64,000 nucleotides of DNA from Macrostomum lignano (taxonomy: Eukaryota). A model generated the notes under the pieces. It did not search any database. It saw only the letters and a program-made list of their open reading frames with translations, and was not told the origin of the DNA. Made by a program: the position numbers and the translations under genes. Of this stretch, positions 1 to 12,274 are shown in pieces. The stretch is from NCBI GenBank assembly GCA_002269645.1, contig NIVC01000020.1:310001-374000 (forward strand), in the 5' to 3' direction. Position 1 is the stretch's first letter, and each line of letters opens with the position of its first letter.

Positions 1-2
1 AT

Positions 3-1000
3 TCTGAAGTCCACTGTTACACTGACGGCTCTATGAGGCATGGTCTTTCAGGCTTCGGAGCTTGCGTCTTCTTCAAGGGAGAAGTGGTGTGGAGCTACTC
101 CCAGCACACTGGGCCCAACTCCAGTGTTTTTCAGAGCGAGGTGCTTGCCATCAGCTCCTGCGGGCAGAGCTGCGCCGAAGGCAGCTTAGCGGTCGGAAAT
201 TTATTTTTCACTCTGACAGCCAAGCAGCCCTTCGGGCCCTCTGCCGCTGCACCACCAGCTCCAGGTCCGTCCTGGACTGCAACACCCAGCTCAACGGGCT
301 TGCACTAGGCAACCAGGTGGAGCTCAGATGGATCCCGGGCCACGCTGGTTTCCTCGGCAACGAGCGCGCTGATCTGCTGGCCAAGGCTGGCTCCGCCGGC
401 GCGCTGCTGGGGCCGGGAGCCCCCATCCCCGCCTCGGTGATCAACTCCCGCGTTAAGCGCTGGACTGATTCCGAGCATCTCCGCAGGTGGCACGACACCC
501 AGAATTGCAGGCAATCCCGTGCTGCCGTCCCCTGTCCCTCTCCTCTCCTGCGTAGAGCCCTCCTCAGGCTCAACCGCAGAGACCTCAGAGCAGTCAGCAT
601 GGCCCTCTCCGGGCATGGCTGCTTCTCTCGCCACCGCTTCCTTCAGGGCCAAGTACCCGAGGAGCGGTGCCCCTTCTGCCGCTCAGGCAGTGAAAACGCC
701 GAGAATTTTATCTGCCACTGCCCGGTCTTCACCAGGGCCAGGCTCACTCACCTCGGGCCAAACCCGGTTCTCTCCGACGTTTGCAGGCCCGAGAGCATCC
801 CGCTGCTCGCCCGGTACCTCAGGGACCCGGGACGAGCTGAGTTCTTCCCCACCGCCGGTGAGGAGGACCGCGCTGCAGGCGAGACCAAAGGAAGTCATTG
901 GTCGCCAGGGGCTAGCGGAATGGGCGGTCTCCTCCGCCTCCTCGCTGCATCCGCCGGACGCCCTGCATCTGAAAAAGCCAAAAAGACGCCTCGGTCCTGA
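3..1000 (+). mobile_element. 3' end of non-LTR retrotransposon ORF2 (RNase H plus C-terminal Cys/His knuckle; R1/LOA/Tad/I-type), frameshifted
   Basis: Frame from nt 3 reads VHCYTDGS...VFQSEVLAI. After a frameshift near 160-190, ORF 62-1000 reads FIFHSDSQAAL...WIPGHAGFLGNERADLLAK (RNase H D/E/D/D motifs), then CPFC-x7-N-x4-C, a knuckle with His replaced by Asn. Confidence 0.85.
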
Positions 1001-1759
1001 GACAAAAGTTTAAAAATACCCATCCCCATCCTCATCCCCACCCCCACACACAGCCTGTCAGGACAAACTTTCGTCCCGCTCCAGCAATGCTCCAACGATG
1101 CTCCAGCAATGCTCCAGCGCTCAGGTACCGTGAAGTCCCAGGGGTAAAAGAGGCAGTCAAGATTCCCATTCCGACCCTCCGCTAATGCAGAGCCCCCTGC
1201 CTACGCCAAGCCGGCGAGGCTCTCAGCCGAAATGAGGAGCAGCATGGGTTGCAGACTGCAGTATGGAAGACTGGTGCGCTGAGCCATGGAGAACCAGAGC
1301 AGAGCTTGGAGTGGCAACTCCTTTTCGATTCCCCATTTGCCCCACATTTTACTAAAGATCTCATAAGTTTGAAATGGTTGGACTCGTTATTACAGACTTT
1401 GGTCTTTTTGGAATTGTCCTGCAGTTTTTGAGCAAACCTGCAGCGTATTCTAAGCAGTAGGCTAGGAACAAATGCCGACAGGAGTTTTGAAGAAAACTAT
1501 ATTTTCATGTTTTAGGAAAGAGAAAGAGGAGATGAGGGATGAGAGATGAGACGATAGGAGAGAAGAGAGCTGAGAAGAGACAAACTTTGAGCGGGCCGGA
1601 TTGCTATTGTGAAGCTTCAAAGCACCCGAGAGAGCTGACCCGAATAGAGAGGCTTCTTCAAATCCTGGTCCAACCAAACCGAAGTGATGGGATCTTTTGT
1701 TAAATGAAGTTTTTGACTCGCATCTAGAGACGTGTTGCACGTGTTCGTCATGTCAGAAG

Positions 1760-2620
1760 TCAGCGCCGCCGTCCATTTCTTCAGCGTGCTCTTCAAAGCT
1801 GCCATTCAGCTGGATGAGCTTCTCACAGCGATGCAGCAGTTTTTTATTACCCCTCCCAAAAACTCCAAGGCAGCGCACAGATAGATTCGTTGGCCGCCGC
1901 AATGACCTCACGGTGGTAAAGAAGCGACCTCGCAGGCTTCTTCATCCTCCAAACGAATGAAAATCAGCGATGGTGAGGTCTGGTGAATGAGATGGGTGAC
2001 TAAGCAGCCGAAAGCCGAGCCCTTGCACTTTTCTTGTGGTGGCCGAGGCAGCGTGAAGGCGAGACTTGTCGCACAAGATGCAGGGCTTGCCGCATGATGC
2101 GGTGCTTCCTGAGGCCACAACTCGATCTTGCACGTAGGCGGCATTGATGGTGGCCTTTTCTGCCAGGTAGTCGGCCATCAGAACCCCGAAGGCGTCAAAC
2201 CACACAGTGCACCTGGTGTTGCATGTCCATGCAGACTTCATTGGCTTTGTGTACGGCTGACGGCCCCTGGGCCCCCACTGCATGGGCTGCTGTTTGGTTA
2301 TTGGTTAATTAAACATTGTCAGTGGTTTCATCCATGCTGATTAGAAGTCGTTTAAGCTGCTGCCTGACCTTCAAGTTCTCCGTGGCACAACTGAATTCGC
2401 TGCCTTTTGTTGTCCGGGGTCAAATTGTCCGGGCACCCACTTGGCGCAGACTCTTGACCTGTTTATCTCCTTGAGAATGCGACTTGCAGAAGCAATGGAG
2501 ATGCCACAGACCTCCTCGACTTCACGCACTGTGACACTGACAGATTTGCTACAAAAACGCGTCCTAAAAGGCAGTATTCTACAGCCCAATAAAATGTCAC
2601 CCTACGGTGGCCTCATGTTA
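1760..2620 (-). mobile_element. Degenerate mariner (DD34D) transposase remnant
   Basis: Fragments across frames: GISIASASRIL...VCAKWVPGQF (WVPHEL-like), WFDAFGV..YLAEKATINAAY, DKSRLH...HPSHSPDLTIAD (34-residue D-D spacing) and KLLHRCEKLIQLNGSFEE. Frameshifted. Confidence 0.85.
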
Positions 2621-2871
2621 TTATGCTCTCGATCGGGAAAGCTGTTTTATCGCATCGTAGATTTTGTACTTTATCCACGTGGGGGTGGCGACCCCGCACC
2701 CTCCAGCGCCAGTCCCAGTCCTTCCCTTCAGTCGCAGTACCGCAGAATTTCCGCACGCTAACGTAAGACGCGATCGCGTAGAAAACTCAACTATAAAAAC
2801 TCTTTTCCAATGAATGGAACAGAGGAATTCGCGCTCGACTGGCTGAGCACGGCAACCTGAAAGTCCAGCAT

Positions 2872-3318
2872 CCCTGCGCTGCAGCAGCTTGGCTCACTGC
2901 TCATTAACATAATCGCAATGCTGCAGCAGCTGGGCTCACTGCTCATTAACATAACCGCAATGCTGCAGCAGCTGGGCTCACTGCTCATTAACATAACCGC
3001 AATGCTGCAGCAGCTGGGCTCACTGCTCATTAACATAACCGCAATGCTGCAGCAGCTGGGCTCACTGCTCATTAACATAACCGCAATGCTGCAGCAGCTG
3101 GGCTCACTGCTCATTAACATAACCGCAATGCTGCAGCAGCTGGGCTCACTGCTCATTAACATAACCGCAATGCTGCAGCAGCTGGGCTCACTGCTCATTA
3201 ACATAACCGCAATGCTGCAGCAGCTGGGCTCACTGCTCATTAACATAACCGCAATGCTGCAGCAGCTGGGCTCACTGCTCATTAACATAACCGCAATGCT
3301 GCAGCAGCTGGGCTCAGG
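2872..3318. repeat. 42-bp minisatellite, about 10.5 copies
   Basis: Unit ATGCTGCAGCAGCTGGGCTCACTGCTCATTAACATAACCGCA, near-identical copies. Confidence 0.95.
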
Positions 3319-3968
3319 GCAAGCCGGCTATTGAAGCACCTGGTAAAATTGGCTGAGTTCGAGAAAATGCAGCTGCCCATTCATTGATTTTGTTAGAAAT
3401 AACCGGAAATCGCACAGGTGAATAAGGAGGAGCCCCCACCAGCCTGATGCCAGAATTCAAGCCTCGTGTGCTCGTATCTGTGATCTGTAAAACTTTGTAC
3501 TCTAAGACGTGTAGTCGTACATCTTTGTGCAAACTGAAGAACAGCAACTGAAAATTGGGATTTTGGCAGGAGCTGTGGCTTGAATCATTCAACTCCAAAG
3601 CTCTGCTCGAAGTCTCCATGGCTGAGCTGGCGGGGTGGGGCTGCCAGCGACTCAGCTGGCATCGATCCAGCCGCCACCGGTATCGGCTCGGGTTGGCAAA
3701 TTCATCCCCTGTCCTCCCATTGTTCTTCCTCACCGCGAGTTGGGAAGAAATTCCCCTCTCTCTCCTCCTTGGCTGGTGTTGCGGCGAGAGGCTGTTGCTG
3801 GGGGGCGGAGGCTGGGCGGGAGCGATGGCGAGTGAAAGCAAAACCCCAGCTGCCCGGGACTTGGCTGCGGGTCCGAGAGAGGCTGCTGGAAAAGGCGGTC
3901 GAAGAGGCGAAGCAGAAGCTGATTCTTCTGAAGCTGATTGACCCGAGTCACCGAGCTTCACTCAGGCC

Positions 3969-6900
3969 ATGGACTCCACCTCGAGAGCGGCGTCCTTGGT
4001 GACGCTGGTGCCGGAGATGGACGAGGAAGAGGAGCGCCAGCTGCTGAAGACCTTCGCCGACTCGCAGCTGGTCGTGATTGACGACGTCGAAGGATACGAG
4101 ACGATTGGCCTGCCTGGGGGTGAGAAACTGTAGTCCGCCCTCTGCTATCCGCCCTGTGCTATCCGCCCTCTGCTATCCGCCCTCTGCTATCCGCCCTGTG
4201 CTATCCGCCCTCCGCTATCCGCCCTGTGCTATCCGCCCTGTGCTATCCGCCCTCTGTTATCCGCCCTCTGCTATCCGCCCTCTGTTATCCGCCCTCTGCT
4301 ATCCGCCCTCTGCTATCCGCCCTCTGCTATCCGCCCTCTGCTATCCGCCCTCTGCTATCCGCCCTCTGCTATCCGCCCTCTGCTATCCGCCCTGTGCTAT
4401 CCGCCCTCCGCTATCCGCCCTGTGCTATCCGCCCTGTGCTATCCGCCCTGTGCTATCCGCCCTGTGCTATCCGCCCTGTGCTATTCGCCCTGTGCTATCC
4501 GCCCTCTGCTATCCGCCCTCTGCTATCCGCCCTGTGCTATCCGCCCTCCGCTATCCGCCCTGTGCTATCCGCCCTGTGCTATCCGCCCTGTGCTATCCGC
4601 CCTGGGCTATTCGCCCTGTGCTATCCGCCCTGTGCTATCCGCCCTGTGCTGTCCGCCCTGGGCTATTCGCCCTGTGCTATCTGACACACTGTGCTATCAA
4701 TGCGTCAGATGCCAGTCAGATGCCAGTAAGATGCCAGTCAGATGTCAGTCAGATGCCAGTAAGATGCCAGTCAGATGCCAGTCAGATGCCAGTCAGATGC
4801 CAGTCAGATGCCAGTCAGATGCCAGTCAGATGCCAGTCAGATGCCAGTCAGATGCCAGTCAGATGCCAGTCAGATGTCAGTCAGATGCCAGTAAGATGCC
4901 AGTCAGATGTCAGTCAGATGCCAGTAAGATGCCAGTCAGATGTCAGTCAGATGCCAGTCAGATGCCAGTCAAATGCTAGTCAGATGTCAGTCATTTGCCA
5001 GTCAGATGCCAGTCAGATGCCAGTCAGATGCCAGTCAGATGCCAGTCAGATGCCAGTCAGATGCCAGTCGCATGCCAGTCCGCCGCCGCTAACCATTGCA
5101 GAGCTGTCACACCAGCCGGCGCCAAAGCAGGAGGCCTACAGATTCGACCCGGACGCGGGAATCAAGACCTTCCAGCAGTGAGTGGCGCCTCTCACAGATG
5201 CTGTTGAGTCCTGGGGAGATTTGGCAGATTGAATTTGTTTGCACAGCCCCCGCCCGCGAGTTCCGGGATGAGAAGCCCCCCCCAGGAGCAGCAAATTCAG
5301 AGCAATTAATTGTGGCACGCAGGTGAGAGCCGCGCCGGCTTCCCTACCGCAGCTGCGTCGCCCGTGTTTTTCTCCGAAAATGTTTGGCCAGTTTGATCAA
5401 CTTGGTGGAGTTTCGCCTAGAGAGCACCGGTGAAATTTCCATGCAAACTGAATTCTGCCACCCAGGAGGAAAACTGGCAATTTTTTGGGCTTGGGATCTG
5501 GGAATTCAATCCTGGAGTCTGGGGCAGGCGGGGACGGACTGGCTGGGACAGGCGGAGACGGACTGGCTTGGACAGGCGGGGACGGACTGGCTGGGACAGG
5601 CGGGGACGGACTGGCTGGGACAGGCGGGGACGGACTGGCTGGGACAGGCGGGGACGGACTGGCTGGGACAGGCGGGGACGGACTGGCTGGGACAGGCGGG
5701 GACGGACTGGCTGGGACAGGCGGGGACGGACTGGCTGGGACAGGCGGGGACGGACTGGCTGGGACAGGCGGGGACGGACTGGCTGGGACAGGCGGGGACG
5801 GACTGGCTGGGACAGGCGGGGACGGACTGGCTTGGACAGGCGGGGACGGACTGGCTGGGACAGGCGGGGACGGACTGGCTGGGACAGGCGGGGACGGACT
5901 GGCTGGGACAGGCGGGGACGGACTGGCTGACCCTCGCTCCCATTTCCGCAGGCTGCCGAAAGTGACAGAGGCGATGGCACGCGACATTCTGCTGCAGGCG
6001 GCAGCTGAGCAGTGCTGCCGAGGCCGGGACTTCATCAAGGATCTGCCGATCACCAAGGTTGAGAACACCTTGGCCTGGCACGTGAGTCTCACCCAACTGA
6101 GCTGAGTTTCTCCAACTGAACCTCCCCCCCCCCAGATTCCCCCGAATCAAACGCTGGTCGTCTCCCTCGAACTCCGCAGTACGACTTGGAGTCCTTCCTG
6201 GAGGCCCGCTACACCTGCTGGACCTATAAGCCCTTCACCGGCCAGGAGGAGGTTGACAGCAGGGACTCCGGCCACGTCCCCGGGCCCTGGGATGTCGAGC
6301 TGAAGCCCTCCGACATGTTCGAGGACGAGGACAGAGAGGGCATCGTGCCGCACACCGACACAGTCAAGGTGAGGGGATAAGTCTCTAAATCCCACTCTGC
6401 CCAACATCCACTCTACCCGACACCCACTCTACCCAACACCCACTCTACCCAACACCCACTCTACCCAACACCCACTCTACCCAACACCCACTCTACCCAT
6501 CACCCACTCTACTAAACACCCACTCTACCCAACACCCACTCTACCCAACACCCACTCTACCCAACACCCACTCTACCCAACACCCACTCTACCCAACACC
6601 CACTCTACACAACACCCACTCTACCCAACATCCACTCTACACAACACCCACTCTACCCAACATCCACTCTACCCAACACCCACTCTACCCAACACCCACT
6701 CTACCCAACACCCACTCTACCCAACACCCACTCTACCCAACACCCACTCTACCCAACATCCACTCTACCCAACACCCACTCTACCCGACACCCACTCTAC
6801 CCTACACCCACTCTACCCAACACCCACTCTACCCAACACCCACTCTACCCAACACCCACTCTACCCAACACCCACTCTACTAAACACCCACTCTACCCAA

Positions 6901-9900
6901 CACCCACTCTGCCCAACACCCACTCTACCCAACACCCACTCTACCCAACACCCACTCTACCCAACACCCACTCTACTAAACACCCACTCTACCCAACACC
7001 CACTCTGCCCAACACCCACTCTTCCTCAAAACCCATTCTATTTAACTTTTTTATTTAAACGAAGACTCGCGAACCCTCCCCCGCCCGACCACCCGCCAGC
7101 CCTGCCACCACTGCAAGCAGCGCGGCCAGATCAGCTGCAACCGCTGCAAGGGGCGCCGGCAGGTTAAGTGCGGCGAGTGCAGCGGCCAGGGGCACAAAAC
7201 GGCCGCGTACGGAGCGGTGGCCAGGCGGGCCGCCTGTTCAGCCTGCGATGGCCAGGGCAGGAAAAAGTGAGCGAATTTCTGCAATGCCATCCACTCAGGA
7301 CTCCACTCTGCCATCCACTCAGGACTCCACTCTGCCATCCACTCCGGACTCCACTCTGCCATCCACTCCGGACTCCACTCTGCCATCCACTCCGGACTCC
7401 ACTCTGCCATCCACTCCGGACTCCACTCTGCCATCCACTCCGGACTCCACTCTGCCATCCACTCCGGACTCCACTCTGCCATCCACTCCGGACTCCACTC
7501 TGCCATCCACTCCGGACTCCACTCTGCCATCCACTCCGGACTCCACTCTGCCATCCACTCCGGACTCCACTCTGCCATCCACTCCGGACTCCACTCTGCC
7601 ATCCACTCCGGACTCCACTCTGCCATCCACTCCGGACTCCACTCTGCCATCCACTCCGGACTCCACTCTGCCATCCACTCCGGACTCCACTCTGCCATCC
7701 ACTCCGGACTCCACTCTGCCATCCACTCCGGACTCCACTCTGCCATCCACTCCGGACTCCACTCTGCCATCCACTCCGGACTCCACTCTGCCATCCACTC
7801 CGGACTCCACTCTGCCATCCACTCCGGACTCCACTCTGCCATCCACTCCGGACTCCACTCTGCCATCCACTCCGGACTCCACTCTGCCATCCACTCCGGA
7901 CTCCACTCTGCCATCCGCTTCGGACTCTACTCTGCCATCCACTCCGGACTCCACTCAAAATAATTTCCAATCCTGCACACATAATGCAACAGACCTAAAG
8001 CAGATTTGGCCATAGAAAAATCAATCCTGCACACATAATGCAACAGACCTAAAGCAGATTTGGCCATAGAAAAATCAATCCTGCACACATAATGCAACAG
8101 ACCTAAAGCAGATTTGGCCATAGAAAAATCAATCCTGCACACATAATGCAACAGACCTAAAGCAGATTTGGCCATAGAAAAATCAATCCTGCACACATAA
8201 TGCAACAGACCTAAAGCAGATTGGCCATAGAAAAATCAATTCTGCAGGCATAATCAAATAAGAGTGCAATTTTCCCCACCCAATGTGACACAAAGGACAA
8301 GCTGGCACTGAAAATAGGCCTCTTGTTTAGCACTTTAATGCTGCGCCAAATTCGATAAAGGAAAAGTGAGACTGACAGGTCTGGGCAGCTGACCCTTCTC
8401 AGATATTTTCAATGCCTCACGGCCTCGCAGCCTCAGCCATGAATGGCGGGGAACTCAAAATGACAGAATTGGGAAACAAATGCTGAGCCAAGGTGTGAAA
8501 ATCTGCATTATTAAAAACTGCGTTGTTGCCAGAGGCAGCTAGATAATCTGCTCGCAGATTTTGAGACCGGCGTTCAATGTACTTTTGGAGAAAGACCTAG
8601 AGGAGGAGGCGTTGCCGGAGATGGGGCCGGTTGTCATGGCAACGCTACATGCGAGTCTCCGATTTCGCAGCAATTAACTGAGTTTTCTGGGACCCGCACT
8701 ACTGGGGAGACGCATTCCAGGAAACGGGAATCACGAAGTCAAGGCGGTGAGAAATTTGGCGGGACGATCCCGCCGGGGCAGCTGAGCCTCCCCCCCCCCC
8801 GGCACCGGAAGTGCAGCTGGAGGCAGCAGGTGAATTGGGAGGCTGTCGGGCTAGAAGGCGGCGTCCTAATTAGATTTCTGCCTCCGCCCGTGCACCCGAG
8901 TGACCGACTTTTCCTAGAAAGTCGCAGGGTGGCAAATGGCGGCTCTGATCCAGTGCCATTCACTCCCACTCTCACCCAGTGCCATTCACTCCCACTCTCA
9001 CCCAGTGCCATTCACTCCAACTCTCACCCAGTGCCATTCACTCCCACTCTAACCCAGTGCCAGTCACTCTCACTCTCACCCAGTGTCAGTCACTCTCACT
9101 CTCACCCAGTGTCAGTCACTCCCACTCTCACCCAGTGCCAGTCACTCTCACTCTCACCCAGTGTCAGTCACTCTCACTCTCACCCAGTGTCAGTCACTCT
9201 CACTCTCATCCAGTGCCTTTCACTCCAACCCTCACCCAGTGCCATTCACTCCCACTCTCACCCAGTGCCAGTCACTCTCACTCTCACCCAGTGTCAGTCA
9301 CTCTCACTCTCACCCAGTGTCAGTCACTCCCACTCTCACCCAGTGCCAGTCACTCTCACTCTCACCCAGTGTCAGTCACTCTCACTCTCACCCAGTGTCA
9401 GTCACTCTCACTCTCACCCAGTGTCAGTCACTCTCACTCTCACCCAGTGTCAGTCACTCTCACTCTCACCCAGTGTCAGTCACTCTCACTCTCACCCAGT
9501 GCCATTCACACTCACTCTCACCCAGTGCCAGTCACTCTCGCTCTCATCCAGTGTCATTCACCCTCGCTCTCATCCAGTGTCAGTCACTCCCACTCTCCCC
9601 CAGTGTCATTCACACTCACTCTCACACAGTGTCATTCACACTCACTCTCACCCAGTGTCAGTCACTCTCACTCTCACCCAGTGTCAGTCACTATCACTCT
9701 CACCCAGTGCCATTCACTCCCACTCTCACCCAGTGCCAGTCACTCCCACTCTCACCCAGTGCCAGTCACTCCCACTCTCACCCAGTGCCATTCACTCCCA
9801 CTCTCACCCAGTGTCATTCACACTCACTCTCACCCAGTGTCATTCACACTCACTCTCACCCAGTGTCATTCACACTCACTCTTCCTCAGTGCCAGTCACC

Positions 9901-11300
9901 CTCGTCTCATTCCCGCTCGCTCAGGTGTTCGGGCTGTCGCGGCTCCGGAGAAATCGAGTGCCCGACCTGCCTTGGCCATAAGCAGCTGCTGTTCTCCATC
10001 AAGGTGAAGTGCGAGTGGCGCAAGCGGCAGGTGGACTTCATCGAGGAGAAAACCGACATGCCGGATGAGCTCGTGCGGGACGTGTCCGGAACAGTACTCT
10101 TTGCTGAAGAGGATGACAGCGTGAGCTGCCCTTACTCACTCACTCACTCACTCACTCACTCACTCACTCACTCACTCACTCACTCACTCACTCACTCACT
10201 CACTCACTCACTCACTCACTCCCACACTCACTCACTCACTCACTCACTCCCACACTCACTCATTCACTCACTCACTCACTCACTCACTCACTCACTCACT
10301 CACTCACTCACTCACTCACTCACTCACTCACTCACTCACTCACTCACTCACTCACTCACTCACTTACTCACTCACTCCCATACTCACTCACTCACTCACT
10401 CACTCACTCACTCACTCACTCACTCACTCACTCACTCACTCACTCCCACACTCACTCACTCACTCACTCACTCCCACACTCACTCATTCACTCACTCACT
10501 CACTCACTCACTCACCCACTCACTCACTCACTCACTTACTCACTCACTCACTCACTTACTCACTCACTCACTCACTCACTCACTTACTCACTCACTCACT
10601 CACTCACTCACTCACTTACTCACTCACTCACTCACTCACTCGCTCACTCACTCACTCACTCACTCACTCACTCACTCACTCACTTACTCACTCACTCACT
10701 CACTCACTCACTCACTCACTCACTCACTCACTCACTCACTCACTCACTCACTCACTCACTCACTCACTCACTCACTCGCTCACTCATGAACTCATGACTC
10801 ATGAACTCATGAACTCACTAATGACTCATGAACTCATGAACTCACTCATGACTCATGAACTCATGAACTCACTCATGACTCATGAACTCATGAACTCACT
10901 CATGACTCATGAACTCATGAACTCACTCATGACTCATGAACTCATGAACTCACTCATGACTCATGAACTCATGAACTCACTCATGACTCATGACTCATGA
11001 ACTCACTCATGACTCATGAACTCATGAACTCAATTCTTCATTCAGGTGTCGCCAATCCTGAATTTTCCCTACGCGCCGGTGAACGAGGCCTCTGCCAGGC
11101 TGGTGGCGGAGCAGGACAAGGCTGTGAAGGGGCAGCGGGTGATCAGGCAGCGCCACCGGCTCCGCGGAGTGCCCGTAGCCGAGTGCCACTTCCAGCAGCA
11201 CTCGGGCGGCTCCGGCGTGTTTTTCGTTTACGGCTTCGAGAACCGGCTGTACATTGAGCAGTTTCCACGGGCCGGTAGCTGCTGCTGCTCGCTGCTCTGA
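3969..11300 (+). CDS. SSUH2: SSUH2-like protein, 7 exons (3969-4119, 5102-5177, 5952-6081, 6180-6368, 7100-7266, 9925-10120, 11046-11300), about 387 aa
   Basis: All introns GT-AG, and phases join in frame (1164 nt). Motifs match SSUH2: [23 protein letters not shown]...VPHTDTVK, DnaJ-like CxxCxGxG repeats, [22 protein letters not shown]-terminal CCCSLL (CaaX-like). Confidence 0.88.
4134..4682. repeat. 14-bp minisatellite in SSUH2 intron 1
   Basis: Unit CTATCCGCCCT(C/G)TG. Confidence 0.95.
4700..5080. repeat. 11-bp minisatellite in SSUH2 intron 1
   Basis: Unit GATGCCAGTCA. Confidence 0.95.
5523..5930. repeat. 24-bp G-rich minisatellite in SSUH2 intron 2, about 17 copies
   Basis: Unit GGGACAGGCGGGGACGGACTGGCT. 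Confidence 0.95.
6400..7022. repeat. 16-bp minisatellite in SSUH2 intron 4
   Basis: Unit CACCCACTCTACCCAA. Confidence 0.95.
7285..7955. repeat. 24-bp minisatellite in SSUH2 intron 5, about 28 copies
   Basis: Unit CTCTGCCATCCACTCCGGACTCCA. Confidence 0.95.
7963..8245. repeat. 54-bp minisatellite in SSUH2 intron 5, about 5 copies
   Basis: Unit AATCAATCCTGCACACATAATGCAACAGACCTAAAGCAGATTTGGCCATAGAAA. Confidence 0.93.
8630..8643. promoter_or_regulatory. RFX X-box motif
   Basis: GTTGTCATGGCAAC matches the palindromic X-box consensus GTTNYCATGGYAAC. Function untested. Confidence 0.5.
8950..9905. repeat. Degenerate ~26-bp minisatellite in SSUH2 intron 5
   Basis: Unit CTCACCCAGTG(T/C)CA(G/T)TCACTC(T/C)CACT. 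Confidence 0.9.
10133..11035. repeat. (CACT)n microsatellite (10133-10785) followed by a 27-bp derived repeat (10786-11030) in SSUH2 intron 6
   Basis: Pure CACT array, then unit ATGACTCATGAACTCATGAACTCACTC. Confidence 0.95.
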
Positions 11301-11908
11301 CTGGCAATCGTGTACAAGGAGCGTGATGAGTGTGAATGACTGGCGTTGTGAATCGTGTACAAGGAGCGTGATGAGTGTGAATGACTGGCGTTGTGAATCG
11401 TGTACAAGGAGCGTGATGAGTGTGAATGACTGGCGTTGTGAATCGTGTACAAGGAGCGTGATGAGTGTGAATGACTGTCGTTGTGAATCGTGTACAAGGA
11501 GCGTGATGAGTGTGAATGACTGGGTGGTGAATCGTGTACAAGGAGCGTGATGAGTGTGAATGACTGGCGTTGTGAATCGTGTACAAGGAGCGTGATGAGT
11601 GTGAATTACTGGCGTTGTGAATCGTGTACAAGGAGCGTGATGAGTGTGAATGACTGGCGTTGTGAATCGTGTACAAGGAGCGTGATGAGTGTGAATGACT
11701 GGCGTTGTGAATCGTGTACAAGGAGCGTGATGAGTGTGAATGACTGGCGTTGTGAATCGTGTGCCAGGAGCGTGGTGAGTGTGAATGACTGCGGTTGTGA
11801 ATCGTGTACCAGGAGCGTGATCAGTGTGAATGACTGCGGTTGTGAATCGTGTACCAGGAGCGTGACAAGCGTGAATGACTGGGTGGTGAATCGTGTACAA
11901 GGAGCGTG
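11298..11908. repeat. 45-bp minisatellite starting at the SSUH2 stop codon, about 13 copies
   Basis: Unit GACTGGCGTTGTGAATCGTGTACAAGGAGCGTGATGAGTGTGAAT. Confidence 0.95.
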
Positions 11909-12274
11909 ATTTGCAAGAGCATATAAATAAGGGAGTAGAAGTTCAAAAACGTAATCCACCCACAGCTGATCCAGCAATATAAACTTATCAAAACCTGGCC
12001 AAAACTCCCAAGCTGTCAATATTTAAAGCTTATTTGACCTGTTCTCCTTCATTGGGCAAATACAACTCAGAAAAGGAACTCCTTGGTTGATATCAGCACA
12101 GAATTTTGTGTTTCTTACTTTGCATGCCTTCTGTGCAGTTTAACTAAACAGCTCTGACCTCACAGAGGGGCCCTCACTGATCCTTCCAATGGAAATCAAA
12201 TATTTGATGGGTGGTGACAGCTAAAATTATAAGAAATATAAATGGGATCATTGTGTTCATTGCTATTTTCGCGA

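Noticed and set aside
3314-4002. Overlapping ORFs of 128-215 aa upstream of SSUH2
   Set aside because: No recognisable domain or consistent splice model; probably a GC-rich promoter or outron region.
7051-8015. MAEWSPEW / PSTPDSTL repeat proteins
   Set aside because: A stop-free 24-bp intronic minisatellite.
8830-10789. His/Ser/Thr-rich ORFs (383, 342, 568 aa)
   Set aside because: They read through intronic repeats; only 9925-10120 is real SSUH2 exon.
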